Below are positions 50,591 through 64,000 of a stretch of 64,000 bases of DNA, piece after piece. Source of the stretch: Chiloscyllium plagiosum (Eukaryota); contig NC_057758.1 in NCBI RefSeq assembly GCF_004010195.1, positions 8,106,748-8,170,747 on the forward strand. The letters run 5' to 3'. The notes under the pieces were generated by a model. That model was not told the DNA's origin and ran no database searches. It worked only from the letters and a program-made list of their open reading frames with translations. Within the stretch, counting starts at the first letter, position 1; each line of letters begins with the position of its first letter. The position numbers were made by a program, and so were the translations under genes.

Positions 50591-52429
50591 TCATGAGTGT
50601 CTGAAGGTTCTGTTCCTACGTAATCTACTCAGACAAAAAAAAAACCAGTATTATTGCACTATATTTGCGAACTAATCTGATGTTCATGTGTGATTCACTT
50701 ATTGTTCCCACAGATAGATGATGAGCTATTGGATCATATTCCATCACAGATCATAAATTTCAATTCAGCGAAAGGTTTTCACACCTGATGGCGATTGTTC
50801 AGAAAATGAATAGCTTCAGAGGCAATTATTTAACAAGTCAACGTTAAATATGTCTTGTTTAACCGTCTAGGCATAAGAATCACGCAGAGCAGGAGAGCCA
50901 CGGAACGAGGTGGCATGAGGCAATATGGACAAGGAGAGGGGGAACAAGGATTGATTGATAACGATGCGAAAGTGCAGACTGAAGTAGCGAATCGAAAACG
51001 ACACAAAGACGAGTATGGGCTGACTGGTAGGTGGAGAAGGGGAAAGGCAGCGATTGAGAAAGAAGAAATAAAAGGACAAAATACAGTAAGGCAGAAGTAC
51101 ACACACTGTTGAAATAGAGACAGAAAGGTGGAGAGAAAGAGGGATATGATTAAAGGAAGTGAGACGGAGACAGAGAGTACATTGAGATCAAGGCTGAGAT
51201 AGAAATAAGTGGAAGAAAGGATGAGAGGACAGTAAACAATCGTGGAATCAAAGAAACATCCCGTTTAGAAGAAGCCGTTTGGTGCCTCGATTCTGTACTG
51301 CTGTACTACCAAAAGAGGGAGTGAGTTGGAAGAGTTGAACGGGGGAGATGCAGAAAGAAATTTGAGAAAGAAATGATGGCAAAGATACATGCGAACAGCA
51401 TTTTCAATTTCACTTTCCGGCTCCAGAACGTACCAGAGTACTGCGGATGAATCGATTCTCTGTTGTATGTTTGTCAATGTTTCAAGATCGCATGACCATT
51501 GTGCATTTCTCTCTCACTCTTATTCTCTTACTATCAATATTTCTCACTTTCTCCTTCTATCTTATCATTTCTTCATTATAGGCCTTGAAATAAAACAGTT
51601 TGGACAAGTTCCTGGTCTTCTGCCCATTTTGGCGTACTTTATTTCAGTTGCTGCTGAGTGACAGCCTTGGTCTACTTAATGATGTTCTTGACATCGATAT
51701 AATTAATTGAAAACGAAGCGAAGAGCTGTTCACATGGGCTTCCATGAGAGGCTTTGAGTCAAGCGCAACACAGGATTAGATTGGCAATAATTCACGAAAC
51801 CGACTCTTCACTACATTATTGAAAACAGATTTGTCTGGGAAATGAATGATGGCTCAGACAGAGACTTCCAGCTAACATCAATGAATTAATAAAAGCAGAA
51901 AATTAAATTCAAATTCAAAGAATCACGTTGGTAGGGACACTTTCAACAATCTCTAACTCGCATCAATTGTATTTCAATGGACAGTGTTGGAAAGGATATC
52001 AGACATATTGAAATATAAGAGGTTCTCCTTAATTCAGAAATACATTTAAGTTAGAAAACATGCGTAACACAGGTGAGTTAAAAATGTGCGATGGCGGGAG
52101 TTCTGTGATCCATGTCCATCAGATCAGAACCACAGTCTGTGCACACCTCGTAGTGAGCTTCGGTTATAAAAATGGAAAGTGAATGAGCATCCTCATGCTT
52201 CCCCATCCTGGATGCTGGGCGATCTCAGACCGTCAGTGACATACACAAGGCGTAAATTCTTCTACAAAATTTTATTCATTGTCTTCCTTAGTTAGATCTT
52301 ATCTGGAACACTATGTCTTTCTTGGCCCAATATCCGCAAGTTGCAGAACACTAGTAACATTGAGTGCAGTTCTTTTAGATTGACACTTCAGTTAAAAATG
52401 TATCATATCACTGACGAAATAATATACAG

Positions 52430-52975
52430 GTGTCGGTGTTGGACTGGGGGTGGACAAACTTAAAAAACTTACTACACGAGATTATAGTCAAATAGGTTTA
52501 TTTGGAAGTGCAATATTTCAGAGCGCTGTCTCGAAAAAAACACACAATCTGTCGGCAGTTAGTTAATATGACATGTCAGAAATTCCAACTTTGGAAATAG
52601 AAACAGTCTCAATAAAGTTTGCAATAAAGCTGGTTTCTAGTATGACACCTTTAATTCATTGTCTGAGCACAGATGACACCTTTATTTTTTATAATCGCTT
52701 AAGCTATCTCGGGAATATGACTTGAACGAAGTTCTAGGATTCACATGTTAATGAATCGGAAACTGCAACCCATTTGAAGTGATTAAAGACTTAACAACAA
52801 TCTGAGTTTTTTTTTCATTGCGTACCAACAATTGTTAGACACTATGATGTTTTGCGAGAAATTCTGTGTCCTATTATCCTGCCCCACTAGCTACCTGCTG
52901 AAAGAGCAGTGCTCCGAAAGCTTGTACATCCAAACAAACCTGTCGGCCGATGAGCTAGTGTTGTGTGATTCTTTA
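52430..52975 (+). mobile_element. PLE pLTR (same family as 49835-50590) with an inverted arm
   Basis: 52430-52529 is a reverse 3' end that stops in HHR stem II. The forward HHR at 52892-52926 reads TAC CTGCTGA AAGAGC AGT GCTCC GAAA GC TT GTA (core A>C). Confidence 0.72.
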
Positions 52976-53820
52976 CCAAAGACTTAAAATATGTTCATTT
53001 TCGTCCATGTTATTTTGCTTGTAACACAGATCGGACCCAGCTTCCCCTACTGTGAGACAACGTTGAACAACGGGACCTGACAGGGAGGAATCATTCAATT
53101 TCAACATTTAGTAGCTCCCTCAAATTCACCCTCCACTTTCTTGACCTTTGTCAGCTTGGTGAGTGAGGATATAATACGCTTGGGAAAATCCCGAGACGAA
53201 CACGCCCCGCTGAACCTCACACTTCTATGTTCTCTTATATTTGTCTCTGGTTGGTATGTGCTGCCAATGGGGGAGGTTATCCCCAGGGACGGTGATGGAG
53301 GTGATCAGGACATTGGCGTCNNNNNNNNNNNNNNNNNNNNNNNNNNNNNNNNNNNNNNNNNNNNNNNNNNNNNNNNNNNNNNNNNNNNNNNNNNNNNNNN
53401 NNNNNNNNNNNNNNNNNNNNNNNNNNNNNNNNNNNNNNNNNNNNNNNNNNNNNNNNNNNNNNNNNNNNNNNNNNNNNNNNNNNNNNNNNNNNNNNNNNNN
53501 NNNNNNNNNNNNNNNNNNNNNNNNNNNNNNNNNNNNNNNNNNNNNNNNNNNNNNNNNNNNNNNNNNNNNNNNNNNNNNNNNNNNNNNNNNNNNNNNNNNN
53601 NNNNNNNNNNNNNNNNNNNNNNNNNNNNNNNNNNNNNNNNNNNNNNNNNNNNNNNNNNNNNNNNNNNNNNNNNNNNNNNNNNNNNNNNNNNNNNNNNNNN
53701 NNNNNNNNNNNNNNNNNNNNNNNNNNNNNNNNNNNNNNNNNNNNNNNNNNNNNNNNNNNNNNNNNNNNNNNNNNNNNNNNNNNNNNNNNNNNNNNNNNNN
53801 NNNNNNNNNNNNNNNNNNNN

Positions 53821-54755
53821 TTCGGGAGGTACCCATAGGGGACAAAGAGATTGGGTTTGTAAGTGCCCCCCTCACTAGTGGGGAGGTCAGAACATTTAAA
53901 AAGGAAATGAAGGTCTTGGTTGAGGATCCGGTGAGGTTGTCTGAACACATTGTTCATTTTCTGGGGCCCAGTCTGTATACCTGGGCTGAGTTAATGTCTA
54001 TTTTGAATATACTATTTTCTGGGGAAGAAAGGGGACTTATACGGGGAGCTGCTATTAAAATATGGGACAGGGAACACCCGATTGGAGATGGGGATGCTGG
54101 ACAGGGAGAGGTGAAGTTTCCCCTCAAAGACCCCCAGTGGGAAAACCAAAACCCGGAGTATAGAGAAGAAATGAGGGAATTGTAGGACCTGATTCTAAAA
54201 GGAATAAGAGAGGCAGTTCCGAAGTCACAGAATTTGACTAAAGCCTTTGAAGTTAGACAGGAGAAAGATGAGACTCCCTCAGCTTTCCTGCAGAGATTAA
54301 GGTACTCAATGCGGAAATATTCTGGAATGAACCCTGAGGACCCAGTGGCACAGGGTCTATTGAAAGTACATTTTGTGACAAAAGCATGGCCAGACATACA
54401 GAGAAAGATACAGAAGATAGAAGAGTGGAGCGAAAAACCATTAGATGAATTGTTGAGAGAGGCACAGAAAGTGTTTGTAAAGAGAGAGGATGAGAGACAA
54501 AAACAGAAGGCGAAAATGATGGGAGCTACGGTTGATGAGGTAGTTAAGAAAAGAATGGAACCAATAGTGAGCAACTGGAGCAGCGGGTGGCAGCATGAAG
54601 GACAGAGAGGGAGAGGGCAGGGGGGAGCATTGATAGAGGGTTTGGGCGACAGGGGCAGAGATGGAAGTCTCCACAGGCAGGATGCTATTATTGCGGAAAG
54701 ATAGGGCATTTTAAGCGGGAGTGTCCTGATCTACAAAGGGAAGAAAGGGCAATTC
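53821..54755 (+). pseudogene. gag: ERV-A gag (capsid and zinc knuckle)
   Basis: EDPVRL...FLGPSLYTW, major homology region QEKDETPSAFLQRL and CYYCGKIGHFKRECP. There is a premature stop (54183-54185) and a frameshift before the knuckle. Confidence 0.93.
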
Positions 54756-55385
54756 NNNNNNNNNNNNNNNNNNNNNNNNNNNNNNNNNNNNNNNNNNNNN
54801 NNNNNNNNNNNNNNNNNNNNNNNNNNNNNNNNNNNNNNNNNNNNNNNNNNNNNNNNNNNNNNNNNNNNNNNNNNNNNNNNNNNNNNNNNNNNNNNNNNNN
54901 NNNNNNNNNNNNNNNNNNNNNNNNNNNNNNNNNNNNNNNNNNNNNNNNNNNNNNNNNNNNNNNNNNNNNNNNNNNNNNNNNNNNNNNNNNNNNNNNNNNN
55001 NNNNNNNNNNNNNNNNNNNNNNNNNNNNNNNNNNNNNNNNNNNNNNNNNNNNNNNNNNNNNNNNNNNNNNNNNNNNNNNNNNNNNNNNNNNNNNNNNNNN
55101 NNNNNNNNNNNNNNNNNNNNNNNNNNNNNNNNNNNNNNNNNNNNNNNNNNNNNNNNNNNNNNNNNNNNNNNNNNNNNNNNNNNNNNNNNNNNNNNNNNNN
55201 NNNNNNNNNNNNNNNNNNNNNNNNNNNNNNNNNNNNNNNNNNNNNNNNNNNNNNNNNNNNNNNNNNNNNNNNNNNNNNNNNNNNNNNNNNNNNNNNNNNN
55301 NNNNNNNNNNNNNNNNNNNNNNNNNNNNNNNNNNNNNNNNNNNNNNNNNNNNNNNNNNNNNNNNNNNNNNNNNNNNNNNNNNNNN

Positions 55386-55821
55386 GCGGAGGAAAGATTT
55401 GGGACTATCCCCCTATGAAATTTTATTTGGATTACCTTATCTGGGAACGAATGGAGAATTGCCAATTCCCGAAACTAAAGATTTGTTTTTAAAGAAGTAT
55501 ATACTGGGCTTGTCCTCCTCTTTGTCTTTCCTCAGGAAACAGGGCCTATTGGCACAGACTCCGCCCCTTGAATTCGCTGTTCACCCCATCCGGCCAGGAG
55601 ATTGCATCTTAGTAAAATCATGGACAGAGACTAAATTGCAGCCGGACTGGGAAGGGCCGTACCAGGCTCTCTTGATTACCGAAACGGCAAGAAGGACGGC
55701 TGAAAAAGGCTGGACTCATTACACTCGGATCAAAGGACCTGTGGACCCTCCAGTTGAGGAAGAAGTCTGGACAGCTGAATCAACGCAAGACCCGCTAAAA
55801 CTCAGACTAAAGAGACTTTGA
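55386..55821 (+). pseudogene. pol: ERV-A integrase C-terminal fragment
   Basis: GLSPYEILFG...WEGPYQ...WTHYTRIK. Confidence 0.9.
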
Positions 55822-55899
55822 GTAACTGGCTATACAGTGGCGGCGCGAGCGCGGGATTATTTCTGTAAGGTTTTATATTAAGTTTGTTCGTGCTTCAGC

Positions 55900-57573
55900 A
55901 TGATTAGAATGCTGGGAATGCTTAGAGTTATGATGCTAGCCCTCTTGGTATTAGGATTTTGTCAAATATCATTTTCATATGTATTACTAATGGTTCCTGA
56001 GTCTGATAATCCACAATTAATAGACACTGATGCATGCAGCTTAGTAAATTGTGGGAATGTAGTTAATCAGACACAGTACCGCAGCTCAGAAATACATCTT
56101 AAGTCCTATGGGGATGGCCTCGGGGATGGTACTTGGTATAATGGTCTCGTCATAGTACACCAGGCCCCCTTCCGACCAGTTCGATAAAAAGTGTAACCCC
56201 ATATACCTAACGATAAGGAAAACCACATGCCACGAAGCAGTTTTGGGGGGAGGGGGGCACTTATGAGATACAATTAAATGAAACATTTGGGATTGCAATG
56301 AAAACAAATGGGAAGGAGTTGTTTTCGAATTAGTGTAGGACAGGGAAAACGGGTAGAATTACTGGGTAATGAGATACAACCTTTCACCCCTCCCGATGAT
56401 CCTAAAGTAGTAAAAATTATAGAGGTAAAGGATTTGCAACAGACATCGAGATAGAAACTGGGTACGGGGATGCAAATGCCTGGGTTGAATGGGTGAAGTA
56501 TACTGTAATAAGGTCTGAACAACAGCAATTGCTATGGATGTGCCTCCAGTAGGCCAGTGGCCCAGGTGGTTCCCTTTCCACTCGGGTGGAAGCAAGACAG
56601 GAAGGGCATGAAATGTATGATAGCCCTGTACCAGGATGAGACTGCATGGAATGATAGGAATTGTACCTCCCTATCCCTGATGTTCCCTCCCTTGGAGAAG
56701 AAAGATGTAAAAGTTCCCCACCACATTTTCCACCGCGGTTGGAAATCACACGTCGTGTGTGCGCAGGCGAGCTACAAGTCGGTCGAGAGATTTGGGGGAG
56801 CTGAAATTATGTACAGAGATTAAGAGTAACCGAAACGGAGAAGGGAGGGAACTACTCAGCACTAAAGGTTCCCCGAGCGGATCTGTGGTGGTACTGTGGA
56901 GGAAAAATATTGAGACCCACACTACCTCCGGATTGGAGAGGGATATGTACAATTGTACAATTGGCAATTCCATTTACCTTGGCATTTGAGAAGGAAAAGA
57001 TAGTAGGGAAAAAGGGAAGTGGTAAGAGATTACTGTTAGATACTTCTTTTGATGACAGGATTTATCTTGATTCGGTAGGAGTCCCGAGGGGGGTACGTGA
57101 ATTCAACGCTCGTAACCAGATTGCAGCAGGCTTTGAGTCAGCTCTCTTTTGGTGGGCAACAATTAATAAAAATGTAGATTGGATAAATTACATTTTCTAT
57201 AATCAATAGCGCTTTATAAATTATACAAGAGATGTGGTTAAAGGAATGTCAGAACAGCTGGTTGCGACAAGTAGGATGGCATGGGCAAACAGAATAGCCC
57301 TTGATATGATTTTAGCAGAAAAAGGGGGTGGTGGTCTCTATCCTTAATTCCCTGGTAGTAGTAGTCGGGGTATTGGTGGCCATTGGCTGTTGTGTCATAC
57401 CCTGTATACGAGGGCTCACCCAAAGACTGATCGAAACAGCCTTGATGAAAGAGATGCCCCTAAGAGGGAATCAGACAGAGGAACTTTATCGGCTAAATAA
57501 TGAGGAGATGAGTGAAACCAAGATGGATGAAATCTCAGAAATGATGCTTGCGAATTTTGGGAACGATGTTTAA
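55900..57573 (+). pseudogene. env: ERV-A env (multiple frameshifts)
   Basis: Signal-like N-terminus, CYGC, ARNQIAAGFES, ISD and anchor VVVVGVLVAIGCCVIPCIRG. Confidence 0.9.
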
Positions 57574-57633
57574 AAAAAAAAGAGACAAAATTGCAGAAGA
57601 TAACAAATGGTAATTAAAAGAAAAAGGGGAAAT

Positions 57634-58227
57634 TGTGGGATATAAATGAATTAATGTTATTTCTGCAACTATAAATTCTGATACAGAACAGGAATGAGAA
57701 AATATATATTCAGCAAAAAGAAAGGATATGTTAGCATGAGACGTGATTACAGAACAATGGTGGATATATGGGCAAAATGAAAAACATCTGTTTTCCCCAC
57801 TTGCACGGAGACACATGAATAAACCCTAATTAAAGAGGTCAAAGTGGCCTCTGGATAGAAATAGATGCTGATAGAAGAAAAGATATGCCTAATCAATGAC
57901 CGACAGTAGACTGACGTCGAACACCCTTATGGGAGTCAGAGATAAGAGTTTGTCACGGACAAGACAGGATAAACAGAAGTTGTGGGATAAGTCTTAAGGA
58001 AATGAGTGACGTAAGCGAAGCAGGGAACAAACAATGGAATAAGGAAAACATATGGGAAAAAACTGTATAGATTGCAAGAGTTTTTTGGGGTTTACTGTGC
58101 ATTTGTCATTGCCTTACCTGGCAATTATACAAGGCACCCACTTGCAAGTGCACAAATAAACGACTCTGATTCAGATATTGGATCTCGGACTGAAATTATT
58201 AAAGTGAGTGAGCTTTTGTTTCTCACA
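57634..58227 (+). repeat. ERV-A 3' LTR (594 bp, single U3 unit)
   Basis: Follows the PPT; termini TGTGGGA...TCTCACA; AATAAA at ~58155. Confidence 0.92.
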
Positions 58228-61200
58228 CCCATTTCGGGAAACTCTCTTCCAATACTATTGTGTCCTGTTGCTCAACGAGTTATTTATGCACGTGGCTGGA
58301 AGAACCTGAAAACTTGTGGCTTCACTTTCTCTATTAGTTTACCATGAGGAACCTTATCAAACGCCTTATTAACGTCCATGTACATGACATCAACAGCCCT
58401 TCCTTCATGTATCATCTTGGGCATTTCCTCAAAGAACTCTATTAAGTTGGCAATGCACGATCTTTCCCGCACAAAACCATGTTGCCTATCACTGATACGC
58501 CCATTCTGTTCCAAATATAAATTGATCTTATCCCTCAGTACCTTCCACAGCAACATTTCCTCCATTGACATCAGGCTCACTTCTCTGTAGTTACCTGGAA
58601 TATCCCTACTACTATACTTGCACAGGGCGACAACATGAGCAACCCTCCAGTCCTCCAGTACCTCACCTGCGTGTAAGAATGCTACAAACATACCTTTCAG
58701 GGCCCCATCTGTTTCCTCTCTCTCTCCTCCCTTGGCAACCTTGGATAGATCCCGTCCGGTGCTGGGGATATATCCACCTTAATAATCTCTAACCTATCTA
58801 ACACATTTTCCCGACTTATGCCAACGATTTCTCCTCATAACGTCAAAAATAATTGACTTTTTATCTTTAGCATCATCATCGGGAATATCCTTCTTGCATT
58901 CGTTTCTTCCTGTTAGAATTTTATCGGTGTCTATGAGATAACTTTCCTGCCACACTTAATTCATCTATACATGAACATAACGCTCATCGATTCAGCCTCT
59001 CCTCACACCTTTATCCAACCATCCATGGAATGAAGTTAGTAAACGTTTGCTATACACCCTCAATCCCAAGAATATTCTTTAACAGGTAGGCAGAATAAAA
59101 CTACGTAGAATCATCAGACGTGGTTTTATCAAGAATCTTGACAACCAAAGCACGACCTCCATGATCCTCGATTCGAATCATTTTGCTCGGAATGCAAGCA
59201 GATTTACGTTCTTCACCCCCTGCTGTAAAATTGAGCGTTTGCAGAAGAGCAGAACAGTGAAGAAAAGAGAGTGAGTCTGATATTGTTAATAATTACTTGT
59301 GAAATGAGAAAAACTCACACAGAAGCTTTGCGTACTTAACAACAAGATAAAAAGTCGGAGGGATATCAGGCCATCAACAGAAAGCGCTAAAGTATTGTTT
59401 ATTGACACAATGTGGAGGCGCTGACCAGTGACACCGACAACAGCTGGGATGGGATAATAAAAAGCTTAGACTATTCTCAGAGCATAGGAAATGCGAGTTG
59501 ATAATTTTATTCAATTATAAACTGCTATGAGCAACCAGAATCAATACAATAAATTCTTCCTAATTATTGTAGTATTCCATGTTCCAAGGACATTATATTA
59601 CAATCTCTATGCCTCTGATTCTGATCATTCTCTCGTAAATCACTGATGTTTTGAGCTGGAGATATTCTTGTGCAGATGTGACACACTACAAAAAGAATGT
59701 CGTGTTCAAGGTTACCCTCCAGTGACAGAATTAACATCCACGGATTTGTGTTTTAATTAATCGCAAACAGTTGCACTTCACTCCAATTCAATCCAGCACA
59801 TACTGTCTTCTGAATAGCTGGAACACTGAGTTAGTCTGGGAGAGATGTGTGAGAGGTTCGTGAGAGAGTAAAGGTGGAAACAAAAACGATTGACCGGAAT
59901 TGTTTCATCCATCTTTATTGTTAACAAGACGTTAGAAACTGTTTATAACAGCGCTACCTGGCAAAACATAAGAAAGTAGTTGTATTGGAACAGTAAAAGG
60001 CCATTCAGGTACTCGAGTCTGTTCTCGGATGAGATCATGAATGGTGACCGAAATCAACATATTAACTTTGACTCCAATCGTCTAATGACCTTAACTGAAC
60101 AAAATAAAAAAAGTCTATCTCAGACTTAGACGTAACAGCTCATTGAGCATCCACAGTCGTGTTTGCAAAAGAGTTATGAACATGTACCACTCTTGTCTTT
60201 GAAACTGTTTCTGAACATCTCTCCTGAATGGTATGCACGAAATTATATATTGTGCCCTCGTTTTTGCATGTCCCATCCGTGAAAACAATTTATCATAATA
60301 CACCCTGTGCTGTCCTATTAATATCGTGAAGACTTATGTGAATAACATTCTCCTTCTCTCATGGGTCGTTAACATTCTCCTTCTCTCACAAGTAACACAC
60401 ATTGATATAGCTCTTCCAAACTGAGGGTTAAGTGTAAGATGCCAGTGAGGCATACAACAGATGATTGATAGAGGTGACCAGAATTCTGCACAAACTGACC
60501 GATTTATACTGTTGTTATCACTAAGGAATACAAACTAGAGAGCTTGTGGGGAGCAGTTAACAAAGACCGTGGAGCATTTTGCGATAAATGCAGCCACTCA
60601 TAGCGGAGTGTTGAAACGGAACATGTGATTACTTCGGTTGCAAGAATGAGAAGCACACAATAATCTTGCACGGATTTAGAACTGTTGATTTTTTTCGGAC
60701 TCAGGGAGAGATCATTGAAAGCGTGACTCTGTAGAGAAAACGGGAATGCCAATTACGAAGTTGTTGTGCAGTAGGTTCCTGTTTCAGTCAGAGAGCCACA
60801 TGATACAGACTTTAGTGCGAGGTTGGAGAATGCTCCATGGCAGCATTTCATATTTGATAGAGCCCAGGAGGTCGATCATGGAAGAGTCAAATTCAAACGT
60901 GGGAAATACCTTGTTGAATGCATTCCATAGCAGACGAGCTGATGTGAACATTGACATGAATTACTTCGGAAGACATGGACGACAGTCGTGATGGTGAGTG
61001 TGCAAAGTCGCTTTGCCAATACTACGTGTGTTAACTTTCAGTGCTTTGCTGTCAGGCAGTCATATTGAAGGGGAATTGAGATATAGTAATTAGTGTGGAA
61101 TTTATTCTATGCACATACCAATTTTTCAAAAGATGTTTTGATGATTCAATTGAAAGTTGAGAGGGTTGAACGCATTCTGATTTTCAGCGATACAATCTCT

Positions 61201-64000
61201 CCTGGAATAGCCTTTGATGCCAAAAGGAAACAAAACAGAAGAGTTTTTCCAAATGTTATCGAGGCTGGAGACTTTGAGTGAGAAGCAGAGATGGAATAGG
61301 CAGAGACATTGCTCCTCTGGAGTGTAGGAGGCTCAGGGGTGACTTTACTAATGTTTATAAAACCATAAGGGACAGAGGTAATGTGAAATGCCAATATATT
61401 TACTCATGAAAGTGGAGTTTTAAAGATGCAGGGCATAGGGTTAAGGTGAGAGGGCTAAGATGCAAAAGAAAGCTGAGGGGGAAATTTGTAACACAGAGGG
61501 GGAGGGGGAGCATATATGGAACAAGCTACCAAACGAACTGGTAGAATGTGGGTACAATTGAAACAGTTAAAATATATGAGTCAAACTTTGGCAAATGGGC
61601 TCAATTCAGTTCTGGAAATCTATTAAGCATGGGCCTACTGGGCTAAGGATATTTTTTATGGGTCTATATCTGTATGATTCTGTATAAAATAAGAACAGAA
61701 GAAACCCATTTGGCATCTGGAACCTGCTTTATCGTTTCACGTGTCACAGCTTTAATGTCCCATGCAGATATGCTTTCAAACGAGGAGGCACAAAATAAAA
61801 AGAGAGCAAATACGATTGGAAATCAATATTCAAAGTTATCAAGCAATCGAGAAAATGCCATGATCAGGGACAAAATTTAGAGATCAATAAATTAACTTCA
61901 GATTGACACATCACGTATGGTCAATATTCTTCTATTCAAAAATACAGAACAAATATTTACAGAATATTGGGTAGATATAAGGGGAGAAATACACCAGCGC
62001 TACCTGGTGTTAGGAACCATCCTTGTGCATTGCATCACTGCACCCTTCGCACTGTCATCAATGAAAGAATGAAGACAGGAAGTAGAAAACTGCAAGATTT
62101 TCTCAACTGCCAAACGGCAATTAGAAAATTGTGACCAATTCAAAAGAAATAACAGACTAGGGCAAATAGAATACAATCAGGCTGTTCCAAAACAGTTTAG
62201 GGATAGATGTGTCCCTTCGAAGAATTAATTTTTAAAAGTATTACTCAACTGTAGAAAAATCGTTGAATAGAGGATGAATGGAAGAATTACTGCATTTGGG
62301 TTTCGAAACGTTATTCTCAAAAAAACTCATGGAAAGTTTTGTCACGAGATTTGTGGAGCAATTTTGCAAGTCTGGCAGCTAGTATAGAGACAAAACAGAG
62401 TCAATGTTTCAGGTCTCGTGATCCTTCTTCAGAACTGAGCCGGAAACATTAATTCTGCTTTCTCTCCAGTGATGCTGAGGAACCTCCTGAGCTTTTCCAG
62501 TTTTTTTATTGTTTCTGATTTCAACCAGCCGCGGTTCCTTGGAATCTCTTTCTTAAACATTACTCCACTGATAATGTCAATATTATTTGGGCTGCTGCAT
62601 TGACCTGGACAGAGGGCAGTTATGAATTCACAGAAAACAGTTGTGAACTGTTCACTTCGGCTAAGTGTACTTTGTAATGTCTCACAGGGAAAGCCACTGG
62701 GACGTGAAGCGTTGCTGAAATTCCTGGACAGGAAGATGATAGATAGAAATGCAATCTCTGACGAACCTGCAATGTTGCAAAGGTGAACGTTTGGAATAAT
62801 CGCTCAATGACAGATGGTGAAAATATGGGAGTGTCATTCTAAGCTATTAAAGAAGGCACAAAAGTGAAGAAAGTGTCCTCTCTTGGAGATCCTGCGCTTT
62901 GAGAATTCAATGACGGAGTTTGGAATTTTAGGAGTATACCACACTGAGGTCGAATGCTTATCTAAATCACAATGAACACAGGGCAAACCGTTTAATAGCA
63001 GGGGATTTATGCTGGAACTGCATAAAACGTTTAATTTCCAAGCGAGATTATAATCTGCATTTTTGAAACTCACATTTTAGGAGTGTTGTGACAACCTGAA
63101 AGGGTGCTATGGAGGTTGATCAGAATGTTGCCTGAGCATGGAAATTTCAGTTATGAAGAGCAATTGGACACGGAATCGACAGAAATGATCTATTTGCCTT
63201 GAATGAGGGATCAGTGAACAGAATGCATTGATATACGATAAGTTGTGGGAGATTCAAAGGACACGTCAGATTCTTTTTCACACAGACGTGCTGGTAATCT
63301 AGCACTCACTACCTGTATTGGGTTGTGAAGGCAGAAATACACGTAACATTGAAGATATGTTGAGATGGACCGTTCAAGAGGGATTGGTGGGTCCAGGTCT
63401 ATCTTTCCCTGAAAATACTGTCTACAGGTCAAGACACCAGACCTCCGTAAGGAGGTTTTGGTCCTGGAGCAGGCAGTGCAGGATTACATGGATAATCCAA
63501 GGGTTTCTGGTCATCCATTCTGGGAAGAGATTCGGCAAATTAAACATTCATTCTCTCGAACATGGAAGGTAATCGAATAAAGTGACTGAGGTCTGCTCGA
63601 TGTAAAACAGGGAGTGCCAGGATTGACAAGAATAAGCAATTTCCACAGCATGACGTTGAGGCAAAAAATGCACTGAGACCAAATTTTGGCGTCCCGCCCT
63701 CAGATTTGTGGTTCTATGTACAGCTTGTTAACTACAACAGTACAATAAGACACCTCGTCAATGCCTTCTTAAGGTCAATAAATAATAGACTCAGTCAGTG
63801 ACACCCACATCAACTTTTAAGAATTACGACCAGGTCAGTCGGGAGAGGTGATAGAAAGCACTTTTACATACAAAGAGTATTGGAGTTGTTGTAAGTTTCT
63901 TAACTTTTCAGGAGTAAGCACTTCTGTCTGATTCTTCATTGGAACAGACATCGAGCATTAAAATAAGCAACAATTGCTGCAGGTTTTTGAACTTTCGTTT
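58182..64000 (-). repeat. Right arm of the large inverted duplication (runs off the window)
   Basis: Reverse complement of 36315-41914. The portion 62940-64000 also matches 23744-24820, so that segment has three copies. Confidence 0.95.

Larger units (their letters stand above)
53821..58227 (+). mobile_element. ERV-A, copy 2
   Basis: gag, gap, integrase C-terminus, env, PPT and LTR, all highly similar to copy 1. The 3' flank differs (inserted in a CR1). Confidence 0.95.

Noticed and set aside
1..64000. CRISPR array, operon or other prokaryotic system
   Set aside because: No regular repeat-spacer pattern or intact gene-dense coding; all recognisable content is vertebrate retroelement.

Overview
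Eukaryotic, repeat-saturated sequence, very probably from a cartilaginous fish (shark). That assignment is inferred from HE1-like tRNA SINEs, HER1/CR1 LINEs and shark-type Penelope-like elements (PLEs). I find no supportable host gene. There are five N-gaps: 1160-1659, 18946-19371, 24821-25320, 53321-53820 and 54756-55385. Contents: (i) two independently integrated copies of one defective class I (gamma/epsilon-like) endogenous retrovirus, ERV-A (1660-5389 and 53821-58227), sharing an env deletion and probably a pol deletion, with an MLV-type UAG read-through pseudoknot visible in copy 1; (ii) a second, older ERV lineage, ERV-B, on the minus strand (~42572-48190) that also lacks RT; (iii) a Gmr1-type Gypsy remnant; (iv) many CR1 LINE pieces, including a near full-length copy with an esterase ORF1; (v) several PLE families with minimal type I hammerhead ribozyme (HHR) motifs, including young inverted insertions with 14-bp target-site duplications (TSDs); (vi) a ~12-13 kb direct segmental duplication (11651-24820 / 25321-37390) and a >5.5 kb inverted duplication (36315-41914 / 58182-64000). 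The most interesting signal is a set of palindromic PLE mini-elements whose inversion point falls in hammerhead stem II in three different families. All family names come from motif recognition by eye, and most element boundaries are approximate.
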